Positions 39,544 to 51,643 are shown, counted from the whole stretch's first letter. The stretch: DNA of 62,618 nucleotides, filler included, from Mustelus asterias (GCF_964213995.1; 4 parts of 4 records of this genome joined end to end with filler, not necessarily neighbours in it); one strand, 5' to 3'. A program made the numbers and translations. The notes: generated by a model from the sequence alone, not told the origin.

Positions 39544-39643
39544 NNNNNNNNNNNNNNNNNNNNNNNNNNNNNNNNNNNNNNNNNNNNTTAATTAATTAAN
39601 NNNNNNNNNNNNNNNNNNNNNNNNNNNNNNNNNNNNNNNNNNN
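39544..39643. other. Artificial scaffold spacer
   Basis: 44N + TTAATTAATTAA + 44N. Confidence 0.95.
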
Positions 39644-40187
39644 ACTCTATCAGTAAAATTCTCTCAGTTTATCATTTTGAATCTGTAACTGAGACAATCA
39701 TAGACGGTATTTCAGTTTTCAGAGTGAAAAGCACGAGGCATTTTTTGTTATAATGTAATTGTGGTTAACAGTTTCCCCATAGTTTAAATATCATGTATAA
39801 ATAAGAAACTTTTCTCATTCCTTATCCATATTTGTTAATTCCTCTTTCTATTAAGGTCCTGTTTTCTCTTTCTGGTGTATGTAACAGATGTACAAATATT
39901 GACGGATTCCCTGTGCATGTGTTGTGTTCTCAATGTGAAGCTCGATCGTTAAATTCACTTTTCTAACTTTAAAAAATAATGTCGCTGTAAAATATTCTCT
40001 GAATTTTTAAAATAAATATTGAATGAAAATTTAACCATCTCTGGCTTGGCTTAATTCCGTTTTCCAAAGCCCATCAACTCCGCCCCATATTCCATATTAT
40101 ACGGTTTCCCCTCTTTCCCAGACATGTCTGTTCCCCCAGTCCTGTGTGGGATGTGTTTGAACTCAAGGCCGTTCAGTGAAAGAGTCA

Positions 40188-40206
40188 CTGCGCCACCCAG
40201 TGGCCA
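40188..40206 (-). promoter_or_regulatory. CTCF-like motif (reverse)
   Basis: Minus strand reads TGGCCACTGGGTGGCGCAG. Confidence 0.5.
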
Positions 40207-41044
40207 ATCCGTATAAAGACACCTTCATCTCTGCCTTTTTATGATAAAATCCAGAGACAGAGCGAGTGAAGAATGAGAAGAACCTCGGTGATTTCACTCA
40301 TAAACTGGTCTGTCACTGACCGAGTTTCAGGTAATTCTAAAAAGCAAAGGCTCTGTTTCATCAGAGGCCGATGCAGGACAGTGTGTGGCAGAAGATAGTT
40401 TCCTTTACACTGCCCCTTAAAAAAACTATCAGTGTCGCTGCAGCGTGGGTCAACAGTGTGAATCTCTCTATATTTCGTCCGATGGAATACTTACAAGGCA
40501 GACATGCCACAAGCTAGATAGAGAACACATACAGAGCAGAGGTGCAAACCATGAGGTGAAACCAAGAGACTGAGGTGCATTTCACATAAGCACATAATAG
40601 ATTACAAATTTCCAAATTAAGGCGAGTGCTATGGGATAATTTGAGATGACCAATACTGTATTTAACTACAGACAATATAAAACTCACGTGGCAGATATCT
40701 CTGTGTAAGGACGGAACATTTATTTAAAACAAAAACAGAACTATCAGCTGCTTGGAGATGACCAAAAGGGTTAAGTCGCTCTGGAACCGAGCGGCAGGAT
40801 CTTTCCGATGCATCTAACGTGTACCATCAATAACAGATCAATTATAGATTTTCGTACCGATCGTTCCGACCTCATATTAGTTTCAGAATCAATTACGTTC
40901 AGTAAACATACATCAATAATAATTCCTGACAAGTTGCTCAGCCAATCGCATTTGACAACATAGCATAATGATATCTCCTTCATCCATTTAAATCGGAGGC
41001 TGACTCATCTGGAATCAGTATCTGGGAGAATCAGGAAGGTGAGA

Positions 41045-41588
41045 TAGAGTCATAGAGTCACAGAGGTATAAGCATGCAAACAGGCCCTTCGGCCCAACAT
41101 GTCAATGCCGCCCTTTTTAACGACAAAGCTCGTCCTAATTGCCCGTGTTTGGCCCATTACCCTCGATAGCCATTTAACTCTCTATGCACTTTTGAAAAGA
41201 CTGTCTGGCAGCTTGTTCCAGACACTCACCACCCTCTGTGTGAAAGAATTACCCCTCTGGACCCCTTTATATCTCTCCCCTCTCACCTTAATCTTATGCC
41301 CTCTAGTTTCAGACTCCCCTACCTTTGGGAAAATATATTTACTATCTAGCTGATCTGTGCCCCTCATTATTTTATAGACCTCTGTAAGATCACCACTCAG
41401 CCTCCTACGCTCCAGAAATAAAAAGCCCCAATCTATCCAACCACTCATTATAATTTAAACCATCAAGTCCTGGTAGCATCCGAGTAAATCTTTTCTGCAC
41501 TCTTTCAAGATTAATAATACCCTTCCTATAATAGGGTGACCAGAACTGCACAAAGTATTCCAACTGTGGCCTTACCAATATTTTGTAT
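41045..41588 (-). mobile_element. CR1/HER1 3' fragment
   Basis: LERRRLSGDLTEVYKIMRG...NSFTQRVVSVWNKLP. Confidence 0.9.
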
Positions 41589-41589
41589 T

Positions 41590-41905
41590 GTCTCCAGACA
41601 GAACAACCTCTGTCTGGAGACAATACACATCTCTTTAACCTGTGTTTAATGCTCCCTCCATCCACATTGTCTGTACCTTTAAGACCTGGCTGGCTGTAGG
41701 GATTCGCATTCTAATCAGTATTCTGCAACTTGATTTTGTGTCTCTTTGCACTGTTTGAGAGCACATTTCCACTCCATCTGACGAAGGAGCAGCGCTCCGA
41801 AAGCTTATGGTATTTGCTACCAAACAAACCTGTTGGACTTTAACCTGGTGTTGTGAGACTTCTTACTGTGTTCACCCCAGTCCAACGCCGGCATCTCCAC
41901 ATCAT
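41590..41905 (+). mobile_element. Penelope-like element terminal repeat
   Basis: Contains a hammerhead core followed by ACCTGTTGGACTTTAACCTGGTGTTGTGAGAC...GCCGGCATCTCCACATCA. The same block occurs in reverse at ~2467-2547 and ~38607-38725. Confidence 0.7.
41774..41810 (+). ncRNA. Minimal type I hammerhead ribozyme motif
   Basis: CCAU, CUGACGA, A, GGAGC(AGC)GCUCC, GAAA, GCUU, AUGG. Stem I is CCAU/AUGG, stem II is 5 bp, and palindromic AGCU replaces stem III. Confidence 0.8.
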
Positions 41906-42009
41906 GACTTTATCTGCAACACAAACAAACTGTTTTACTCACAGATGTGGGACACAGGAAGAAGGTTCAGTCGGTGTGAAGCTCAACCTCCAATGTCACA
42001 AAGCCCACC

Positions 42010-42320
42010 CACTGATTGGCTGGAGTATAAGTGTCCTTCCGGTCTGTTTCTGAAGCCTCTGCACCCACTTCCCCGCCTCCCTGCAGCTCCAGCATCCACA
42101 TTGCGCATGGGCCAGTCCGAATCCGCAGAGCGCATGCTCCACTCAGAATCAGGTACTGCGCCTGCGCAAGCGGCTGCTGTTGTGACAATGCGGCACATTC
42201 TCTCTCGCTGCGAATGCTGGGTAAGAGCACCGCCATAGGAAGGAAATAATTTCAACACAAAATTGTATTTTGTCATCCAATTACGGTCAGAACTAGAGGG
42301 TTAATATATAAAATTATTAA
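42010..42320. promoter_or_regulatory. Paralogous NRF1-motif promoter-like module
   Basis: TGCGCATG, GCGCATGC and GCGCCTGCGC motifs. Shares TGAAGCCTCT, ACATTGCGCATG and GAATGCTGGGTAAGA with the 51.2-51.5 kb module. Confidence 0.5.
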
Positions 42321-42669
42321 ACCAATTGATACATCTCCCAATGTGCATGGTGGGATTGTTACTGGACGAGTATTCCAGAGACCCAGGGTCCTTTTAGAGT
42401 TTACCCCACTCTGTCGTAGGTTGCAACAAGATATAGTTGGGTTGGTCACATGGGCAGAACACTGGTAGATTTCGAAATATTTCACCGTTCCTTCACAGTC
42501 ACTGGGTAAAAATCCTGGAATTCCCTCCCTAACCGCATTGTAGGTAAACCCACAGCACATATACTGCAGCCATTCAAGAAGGTAGCTCACCACCACCTTC
42601 TCAAGGGCAATGAGGGATGGCCAGCGAGCAACACCCATGTCCCACAAATTAATAAAAAAATATGCTATT

Positions 42670-44155
42670 TAACCTTGATAAGTGTGAAGTGATGCACTTT
42701 GGAAGAAGTAACAAGACAAAGAAATAATTAATGAATGGAAGGACACGAGGTAAAATCAGAGGAGCAGATGGATCTTGGGGTATTTATTCACTTAAGGTAG
42801 CAGAGCAGATGAATAGAATAAGAAGGCATATGAGACACTTGCTTTTATCAGTCGTGGCATACAGTATAAGAACAAAGAGATAATGTTGGAGCTGTACAGA
42901 ATGTTGGTTAGGCCACAGCTGGAGTACTGTGCGCAGTTCTGGTCACCTCACTATAGGAACAAAGAACAAAGAACAATACAGCACAGGAACAGGCCCTTCG
43001 GCCCTCCAAGCCCGCGCCGCTCCCCGGTCCAGGATTGAATCCTGAATCCAGGATCCCCGCCCAATTTTCCAGCCTATCTACATACCAATATCCTATCCAC
43101 CGAGCTGTCCCTCACAGATACGATGCTTTGTTCATTACAACCTATTAACTCACCCCCACCCCCCCATTCCAGACCATGTGATCTCCAGGGAGAGGCGAAA
43201 ACCCAGAGTGAAAAACCCCAGGGCCAATATGGGGAAAAAAAAATCTGGGAAATTCCTCTCCGACCCCCTGAGGCGATCGAAACGAGTCCAGGAGATCACA
43301 ATGGCCCCGATCGGAAAATGCTTCCCAACCATAGTCATTTCCACTTCCACGAACACCATATGAATTCCCTGCCCCCGAGACAGGTTCCCAACTATCCGCA
43401 GTCTCGCTCTGTACTGGCACCAGCAAGATGATCATAGAATGAAGCCTTGAAACGAGAAACAAGGAACAATTAGCCCGCGCCGCTCCCGGGTCCAAACTAG
43501 ACCACTCTTTTGTATCTCTCCATTCCCACTCCGTTCATATAGCTGCCTAGATAAGTCTTAAACGTTCCCAGTGTGTCCGCCTCCACCACCTTGCCCGGCA
43601 ACACATTCCAGGCCCCCACGATCCTCTGTGTGAAATATGTCCTTCTGATATCTGTGTTAAACCTCCCCCCCACAGGATGTGATTGCACTGGAGGGGGTAC
43701 AGAGGAGATTCACCAGGATGTTGCCTGGGATGGAACATTTGAGCTATAAGGAGACTGGATTGGTTTGGAGTGTTTAGAGCAGAGAAGGCTGAGGGGGACA
43801 TGACTGTGGTGAATAAGATTATGAAGGATATGGACCGGGTGAGTAGAACCCTTGGTTGAGAGGTCAATCATGAGGGGATGTAGTTTTAGGGGGCCAGGCA
43901 AGAGATTCAGAGGAGAGTTGAGAAAAATCAGAGGGTGGTGGGAATCTGTAATAAACTGCCTGGGAAGGTAGTGGAGGCTGGAAACTTAACAACCTTTAAA
44001 AAGTATTTGGATGAGCACTTGAAATATTATAGCATTCAGATAAGGATATGGGACAAGTGCTGGAAAATGGGATTAGCATGGGGCTTAGTGGTAGCTATTG
44101 TTGGTGCAGACTCCATGGGTCGAAGGGTGTTTTCTGCACTGTATGACTATGACTG
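42670..44155 (+). mobile_element. CR1 fragment split by a younger antisense CR1 (42958-43672)
   Basis: The plus-strand CR1 breaks at CTATAGGAA (42959) and resumes at AGGATGTGATTGCAC (43674). The insert encodes RRTYFTQRIVGAWNVLP on - and ends in (TTCTTTG)n. Confidence 0.85.
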
Positions 44156-45254
44156 TAACTCTCGCTCAGTCTCTTTCACTCGAACAGCCTCTGTCTGTGT
44201 CTCTATCTATTTCCCTCTTTTGGTCTTTGTTCTATTTGCTCACTGTCTTTGTGCAACTAAATTTCACTGGACTGATTCCTGAGATGAGGCGGTTGTCCTT
44301 GGAGGACATTCAGTGGGATGAGTCTGTCCTCTCTGAAATTCAGAATCATGAGAAGTGATAGAATTGAAAAGGGAGGGAAAAGGAAGGATCAGGAAAGCAG
44401 CAAACACTTGATGTTGTTCCAGGAAAAGTGGAGTCTGGTGGTGTGGATGTCAGGTTTTACACAGCACATGGTCAGCCTGTGGATTCACCCAGGATGAAGA
44501 ATCTCTGAATGATTCTACTCAAATCACCCGGAGAGGAACCTTTGAGACAAACCACCTAAGAAGGAGCAGCACATAAAGATATCCAAACACAGAGATCCAA
44601 ACACACTCTCTCTCCCTGTCTCTTACACAGATATGGGCAAACATAGACACACACCCACACCCAGACAGACATCTTCATTCATAGACACACACCCACACAG
44701 ATAATTCCAGCCCTATCACGTGGAGAATACAGCCCATTCTGACTAATACTGGAGATGAAATAACAGTGTCTTTACAAACCACAATGTTTGAGAAATTCAA
44801 GTAACCATTACCCGTCAGGGACAGTGAGAGTTCTGATGACCCATTTCCACTCCTTTCTCTAAACTTGAGTCTATATTGAACAACATCTGGAACAGCAGCA
44901 ATGACAAATCACGAACACTGAGCTGCCTGTTGTCAGCCTGGGTGAAGAGCCCTGCTGGGGGATAGTGTAAATTACAGAACAACATCCCTGGGGAATCAGT
45001 GTCTCTTGGTTCTGGAATTACAGAAGATGCTAATTCCCCTCACATTGATGGTCCAGTTAATGAAGAGAATTCTAAGACAGGTTTCAAGCATAAAGAATAT
45101 AATGTTGTTTCGACTCTGTCATCCTGGCCTCATTCATTACTGCTCCAATGTCCTGGGAAATGTGCTGCACCACCTGTTCAGATGCTTTCGCTGTGGGACT
45201 GAGTTCAGACAATCATCTCCTCTCACTGTAAACCACAGACACTGTTCATCTTTT

Positions 45255-45346
45255 TCAAAATGTGGATTCGAATCCGGGTCCCCAGAACATTAGCTGGGTT
45301 TCTGGATTAATAGTCTATCGATAATACCATTAGGCATCGCCTCCCC
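45255..45346 (-). mobile_element. tRNA-derived SINE head (non-HE1 family)
   Basis: Minus strand GGGAGGCGATGCCTAATGGTATTATC...GACCCGGATTCGAATCC. Related sequence at ~47560-47810. Confidence 0.55.
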
Positions 45347-45910
45347 CAAATGTGTTCCCTTTAGAACAAAGAAGCTGAAATGGAGATTTCATGGATCTGT
45401 TCAAGATGATCGGGGTGGGGACGGGTGGTTTGATAGAGCAGATCGGGAGAAACTGTTCCACTGATGCGGGTCAGTAACCAGAGGACTGGGATTGAAGATA
45501 ATTAAAGAAAGACAGACTGGCATCAATATCGCACATTTCCCAACCAGCAGGAATCACAATGGGATCATTGTTATAATGAAGGCTGAATGGCCGAATGCTG
45601 CTCCTACGGCTTATGGTCTATTCCTTAGTTCCCTCGAAACGGGGATAATCCCAGCCTCCCAAATGAAGATGCAGTCATTCAAAAATTAAAACAAAGTTGA
45701 TTTTTTATTTTATTTTTAACCCAGAATACCAATATCTAAATCTGCACTGGATATTGTTAACATCAGACCCCAATAAATATAGTTCAGTTCTGGATGTGAT
45801 TAACAGCAAACTCCAATCTGGCTGGTGTGTCAGCACGTTGGATGACTGATTGAATCCTTTCCCACACTTGAAGCAGATGAATGGTTTCTCCCCAGTGTGA
45901 ACTCGCTGGT

Positions 45911-46756
45911 TTACAGTGAGAGGAGATGATTGTCTGAACTCAGTCCCACAGTGAAAGCATCTGAACGGACTCGAGTGTGAACCCGTTGATGGGTCATCAA
46001 GTTCCCAAAACTTTTAAAGCACTTTCCACAGTCTGGGCATTTAAAAGGTCTCTCGTCAGTGTGAATTCGTTGATGGCAGATCAGGTTAGAAGAGTTAGCG
46101 AATTCCTTCCCACATTTGGAGCAGGTGAACGGGTTATCCTCAGTGTGAATCCGCTGGTGTGTCAACAGTTCGGTTGATGTAATGAATGCCTTCTCACACT
46201 CAGAGCAGGTGAATGGTCTCTCTCCAGAGTGAATTCGCTGGTGAATCAGAAGATGAAACGACCGGCTGAATTTCTTCCCACACTCGGAGCAGGTGAATGG
46301 TCTCTCCCCAGTGTGAACTCGCTGGTGTGTCACCAGGTGGGTTGACTGAGTGAATCCCATTTTGCACTCGGAGCAGGTGAATGGTCTCTCTCCCGTATGA
46401 ACTCGCTGGTGTGACACCAGGTGGGCTGACTGAGTGAATCCCACCTTGCACTCGGAGCAGGTGAATGGTCTCTCCCCAGTGTGAACTCGCTGGTGTCTCA
46501 CCAGGTGGGACAACTGAGTGAATCCTTTCCCACACTCGGAGCAGGTGAACGGTCTCTCCCCAGTGTGACTCCGTCGATGAATTTCCAGCTCTGATGGGGA
46601 ACTGAATCCCTTGCCACAATACTCACATTTCCACAATTTCTCCCCACCGTGACTGCATTTATGTTTTGACAGGCCAGATAAACGGCTGAATCCTCGTCCA
46701 CACACGGAACACGTGTACAGTTTCTCCCCACTGTGAGCGGTGCTTTTTCCTTCCAT
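45911..46756 (-). CDS. C2H2 zinc-finger array protein (gastrula zinc finger-like), last exon; C-terminus frameshifted
   Basis: Nine CxxC..HxxxH fingers with TGERPF linkers. Acceptor TTTCACAG at ~46866-46873 (exon starts 46865). ATG at 46756. Two degenerate fingers continue out of frame to ~45825. Confidence 0.9.
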   Translation of the reverse strand: MEGKSTAHSGEKLYTCSVCGRGFSRLSGLSKHKCSHGGEKLWKCEYCGKGFSSPSELEIHRRSHTGERPFTCSECGKGFTQLSHLVRHQRVHTGERPFTCSECKVGFTQSAHLVSHQRVHTGERPFTCSECKMGFTQSTHLVTHQRVHTGERPFTCSECGKKFSRSFHLLIHQRIHSGERPFTCSECEKAFITSTELLTHQRIHTEDNPFTCSKCGKEFANSSNLICHQRIHTDERPFKCPDCGKCFKSFGNLMTHQRVHTRVRSDAFTVGLSSDNHLLSL

Positions 46757-48149
46757 GTTCAAAATCCAATGATACGCATATTACGATAAATTGGGCGACT
46801 CTGTCTGATCCTGATGTGATGTTTGGTTTCAGTTTTCTGACTGCAAATCCTCACCTTTGAATATGCTGTGAAATTGATTTAAAAAAGAAAAAAGAGAGTG
46901 AGAGAGAACCCACAAAAACACAAAGGCAGGTTGTGAAATTGAGCTGAATGAATCTGGTAATTTGTGGGGCCGGCACTGGGAAAAAGAGACCAAGAAAACT
47001 GATGGATTGTCATAAAAACCCAACTGGTTCACTAATGTCCTTCAGGGAAGGGAACCTTTGAGCCAGTCTGAACCGATACAAGACCAGAGCTTCAATGTGA
47101 AGAGGCAGCGGATGGGCAGGATTAAGAGATGTGGGAGGAAAAGAGGTGAAGGAAAGGATACATCTACAGCCAGATAGAAACTCCCAAACCTTCAACCTCC
47201 ACCATTTAGAAAGACCAGGTTCACAGGTGAATGTGAACATCATCACCTCAAAGTCACACAGCATCGCGACTGGACTGAGATCCTGTCCTGGATTAGGAGA
47301 AGTTTCCTCCATTTACAGAGTGAGAAACATGAAACGATTGTCTTCAGTCCGTGCTACAAACTCCACCCCGTGGACACTGACACCATCCCACTCTGGTGCT
47401 GAAGCAGGCTGTTTACAACCAGGTTCAAATATTTATTTTCTAAATCTGACTTTGCAGGGTCGACAAGGCTGTTTCCCGTGCCAAGGCCTATGCCTGGTCT
47501 GCCCATTTCCATACCTTTTTAGTAACTTTGTACCAGTTGGGTACAACTGAGTGGCTTGCTGTGTCATATCAGAGGGAATTTAAGATTCAACCACGTTGCA
47601 GATCTGGAGATACATGTAGGCCAGACCAGGTGAAGATGGCAGATTTGTTTTTCCCTAAACAGCACTAGTGAACCCAATGGGCTTTAATGATAATCAATAA
47701 TGGTTTTTTTGCTCATCATTAGCCTTTCAAATTCAAACTTGTATTGAATGTAAATTCCACCACCTGCCGTGGCAGGATTTGAACCTCAGTTCCCAGAACA
47801 TTACTCGGTGTCTCACCCCCCACCCCCGATGCCCTTCCAACCACACACCTGTTCCATCTCCAAGAATGGGTTTCCATCGGTGAGGGGGCTGGGACCTCAC
47901 ACTGCATACTTCTTTGAAAACATGTATTGATATCCTCATAGCTATTTCTAAAATTATTAAAATGGGAGAAATAGCTGAATCTGTGTGTGTTTCTGACCCC
48001 TGAACAAATGGAGCAATCTGGGAGACACAAAGAAACTCACACCTCATTCTCCCAGAGCGACATTTTGATTCTGGATCATGTGAAACACAATTGTTCTCTG
48101 TGATCTCTGCACTGTAAATCTTTCCTTTCTCTGTCCATCTTCTATATAT

Positions 48150-49715
48150 GAATGCATCCATCATTATGAAGTGCTTCGAAAGGTTAGTCATGGCACAAAT
48201 CAGTCTGGCCTCCCAGACTGCCTGGATCCACTACAGTTCACAACCGCCGCAACAGGTCCACAGCAGACACCATCTCCCTGGCCCTGCACTCAACCCGGGA
48301 ACCGCCTGAATAACAAAGCACCTATTTCAGACTCCTATTTATTGACTACAGCTCAGCCTTCAACACCATTATTCCTACGAAACACATCCCCAAATTCCGT
48401 GGCCTGGCCTTAGCTCCTCTCTCTACGACTGGGTCCAAGACTTCCTAACACTCAGATCAGTAAGAATAGGCAACAACACCTCCTCCACGATCATCCTCAA
48501 AACCGGTACCCCACAAGGCTGTGTCCTCAGCCCCCTACTATACTCCTTATACACCTATGACTGTGTGGCCAAATTCCCCCCCCAACTTGATTTTCATGAT
48601 TGCTGATGACACCACCGCAGTGGGTCATTTCTCAAACAGTGATGAGACAGAGAACAGGAATGAGATAGAGAATCTGGTGAACTGGTGCAGCAACAATAAT
48701 CTCTCCCTCAATGTCAACAAAATGAAGGAGATTGTCATCGACTTCAGGAAGCGTAGTGGGGAACATGCCCCTGTCTACATCAACAGGGATGAGGTAGAAA
48801 TGGTCGAGAGCTTCGAGTTTCTCGGCGACCAGATACCAACAACCTGTCCTGGTCCCTCCATGCCAATGCTACAACTAAGAAAGCCCACCAATGTCTCTGC
48901 TTTCTCAGGAAGCTAAGGAAATTTGGCATGTCCGTTATGATTTTCACCAACTTTTATAGATACACCACAGAAAGCATTCTTTCTGGTTGTATCACAGCTT
49001 GGCCAGGCTCCTGCTCTATCCAAGAACGCAAGAAACTACAATGGGTCATAACCGAAGCCTCGTCCATCACGCAAACCAGCCTCCCAACCATTGACTCTGT
49101 CTACACTTACCGCGACCTCGGAAAAGCAGCCAGTATAATCAATGACCCCACACATCCCAGACATTCTCTCTTCCAACTTCTTCCGTCGGGAAAAAGATAC
49201 AAAAGTCTGAGGTCCCGTACCAATCGATTCAAGAACAGCTTCTTCCCTGCTGCCATCAAACTTTTGAATGGGCCTACTTTCATTAAGTTGATCTTTCTCT
49301 ACACCCTAGCTCTGACTGTAACACAACATTCTGCACTCTCTCCTTTCTTCCTCTATCTATGGTATGCAAGAAACAATACTTTTCACTTCATACTATTACA
49401 TGGTGACACAGTGGTTAGCACTGCTGCCTCACAGCACTGGGGACCCAGATTCGATTCCCGGCTTGGCTCACTGTCTGTGTGGAGTTTGCATGTTCTCCCT
49501 GTGTCTGCGTGGGTTTCTTCCGGATGCTCTGGTTTCCTCCCACACTCCAAAGATGTGCAGGTGAGGTTAATTGGCCATGCTAAAATTCTCCCTCTGAACA
49601 GGTGCCAGAGCTTGGCGACGAGGGGATTTTCACAGCACCTTCATCGCAGTATGAATGTAAGTCTACTTGTGACTAATAAATAAACTTTGTGAGACAATAA
49701 TAAATCAAATCAAAT
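48150..49715 (+). mobile_element. Rex1/Babar-clade LINE, decayed, with nested V-SINE (49400-49688)
   Basis: IADDTT...LSLNVNKMKEIVIDFRK...NRFKNSFFPAAIKLLN; colinear with the 18.8-20.2 kb copy. Confidence 0.9.
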
Positions 49716-50392
49716 GGTGCAACATTGAGTTACCACATTTGGAGTGTCTGTGAGTAAACTAAAGTTAATTCTCACTTAGAGTCATAGAGGTTAACAGCAT
49801 GGAAACAGGCCCTTCGGCCCAACTTGTCCATGCCACCCCTTTTTTAAAACCCCTAAGCTAGTCCCAATTGCCCGCATTTGGCCCATATCCCTCTATAGCC
49901 ATCTTACCCATTTCCTTCCCTAAAGGACATTAGTGAACATACATACGGATGTATGAATTACGAGCAGGAGTAAGCCTTGAAGTATTGGGTAGTATGCCAC
50001 TGCTTATAAAGGACGAATCAAATCAAAAACATCTTTCTGGTCACAGACAGATGTGAGATGAGAAATCAATGTGGAATAAGTTACCTTCCACCCCTCCTGT
50101 ATATAACATATCCCACTAACATGGCTCACCCTGGCCCTGTCTTAGTATTGTTTCTGAAAATTTCATGCATTCCCTCCTGACTTGACCGGACAGCCTCATC
50201 TATTCATTACCAACATGAGTTTCGCTAAATCCCTGTCTCAGCTGATGTTTCGAGAACTTTCATTCATTCCTTTATTTTCTTTAGACTTGACTGTCAGCGT
50301 CCCTCATTTAACCCATGAAAAACTTTGGTGTATATAAACCCCTGTCCTCTGCATCAAGTCCCACACACTCACCCATCACCATGTCCTCACCA

Positions 50393-50646
50393 TGGGGCTG
50401 CAGTGGTTAGCACTGCTGCCTCACAGTGCCAGGGACCTGGGTTCAATTCATGGCTTGGGTGACTGTGTGTGTGGAGTCTGCACATTCTCCCCATGTCTGC
50501 ATGGGTTTCCTCCCACAGTCAGAAAGGCTTGCTGGTTAGGTGCATTGACCCGAACAAGTTCCGGAGTGTGACAACTAGGGGAATTTTACAGCAACTTGCA
50601 GTGTTAATGTAGGCTAAGCCGACTTGTGACAGTAATAAATAAACTT
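50393..50646 (+). mobile_element. V-SINE with alternative tail
   Basis: Head plus AATAAATAAAC tail. Confidence 0.85.
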
Positions 50647-51039
50647 TAAAACACTGACCCACACAGGCTCCCGGTTAAACAACTCAATTTAAAACATTGC
50701 ATCTTTGTTTGCAAATCCTTCCATGACATTATTGTTCCGTATTTCCAGCCACACAGATGTTTGAATCTTTTTCTACAGACACACTTACAATCAGGTTCTG
50801 ATGAATGGAGTGACTCTGGCAGGTTTTGGTCTGATGTCTGGTTTGAGTTTCCCTTCAAATTTTGTCATCAAATTTCCTGTAAAAAATAGATCATCACTGT
50901 CAGTCAAGAATAGAAATTAAGCGAGAAACATTTCTCTTGGGTTGAGTTTTCTGTGTGTAAATCCTCCCCTTCTAACTCCCTGTAAAAGGAGTTTCCAAAG
51001 TCCATCCCTGTCAGTCCAGGAGAGAAATTCACAACATTC

Positions 51040-51520
51040 TCTCCTCCTGCTGGCAGGGAGCAGCGCGCATGCGCACTATTGCCCATCGCCCCGGGAAAGA
51101 TGGGCTCCGTCAACTCGGGGCCTCCAACTCGGCATCTGTGGTCGCGGCCCCGAATGGTAGGAACGCGGCACTGAGCAGTTATTATTCGGGTTCTCCTGTC
51201 TCCACTGGGTGCTTATGAAGCCTCTCCATCCACCCCGCCGCCTGCATTACCCTCCAGAATAAGCCGTTTCCCTGGTAACCCGGAGCCGATATAACCGCCC
51301 TCCTGCTACTGCGGGAGCAACATACATTGCGCATGCACTTTGGATCTACAGTACGCATGCGCAAAGTCTGTTGTAAGGATAGATCATATTCTGATTCACT
51401 GTGAATGCTGGGTAAGATAGCCACCATTGAAGTATGTTATTGCATTAAAAAAATTATGTTTTGTGATTCAATTACAACTGAAGCCAAAGCACCAAGGTAT
51501 AAAATGAAAATAACTAATAC
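51040..51520. promoter_or_regulatory. NRF1-motif CpG-rich promoter-like module, probable ZNF promoter
   Basis: GCGCATGCGC-type motifs at ~51065, ~51329 and ~51353. It lies next to ZNF-type 5' exon-like sequence on the - strand (candidate exon 50876-50789 with AG/GTAAGT). Plus-strand donor GGTAAGA at 51411. Confidence 0.5.
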
Positions 51521-51643
51521 AGCAGCTAATGTCAACAGGCACCACAGTTCTGTCCTGAGTTTAATTAATAGCGGAACAAACGTCCACACCTGAAGATGAA
51601 CTCCTTGGAATGTCAGCTGGTGTAACGAACTGATTGATTTACC

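Noticed and set aside
39258-39643. Novel CH1-only isotype
   Set aside because: The exon runs into an artificial gap, so the absence of further exons is uninformative.
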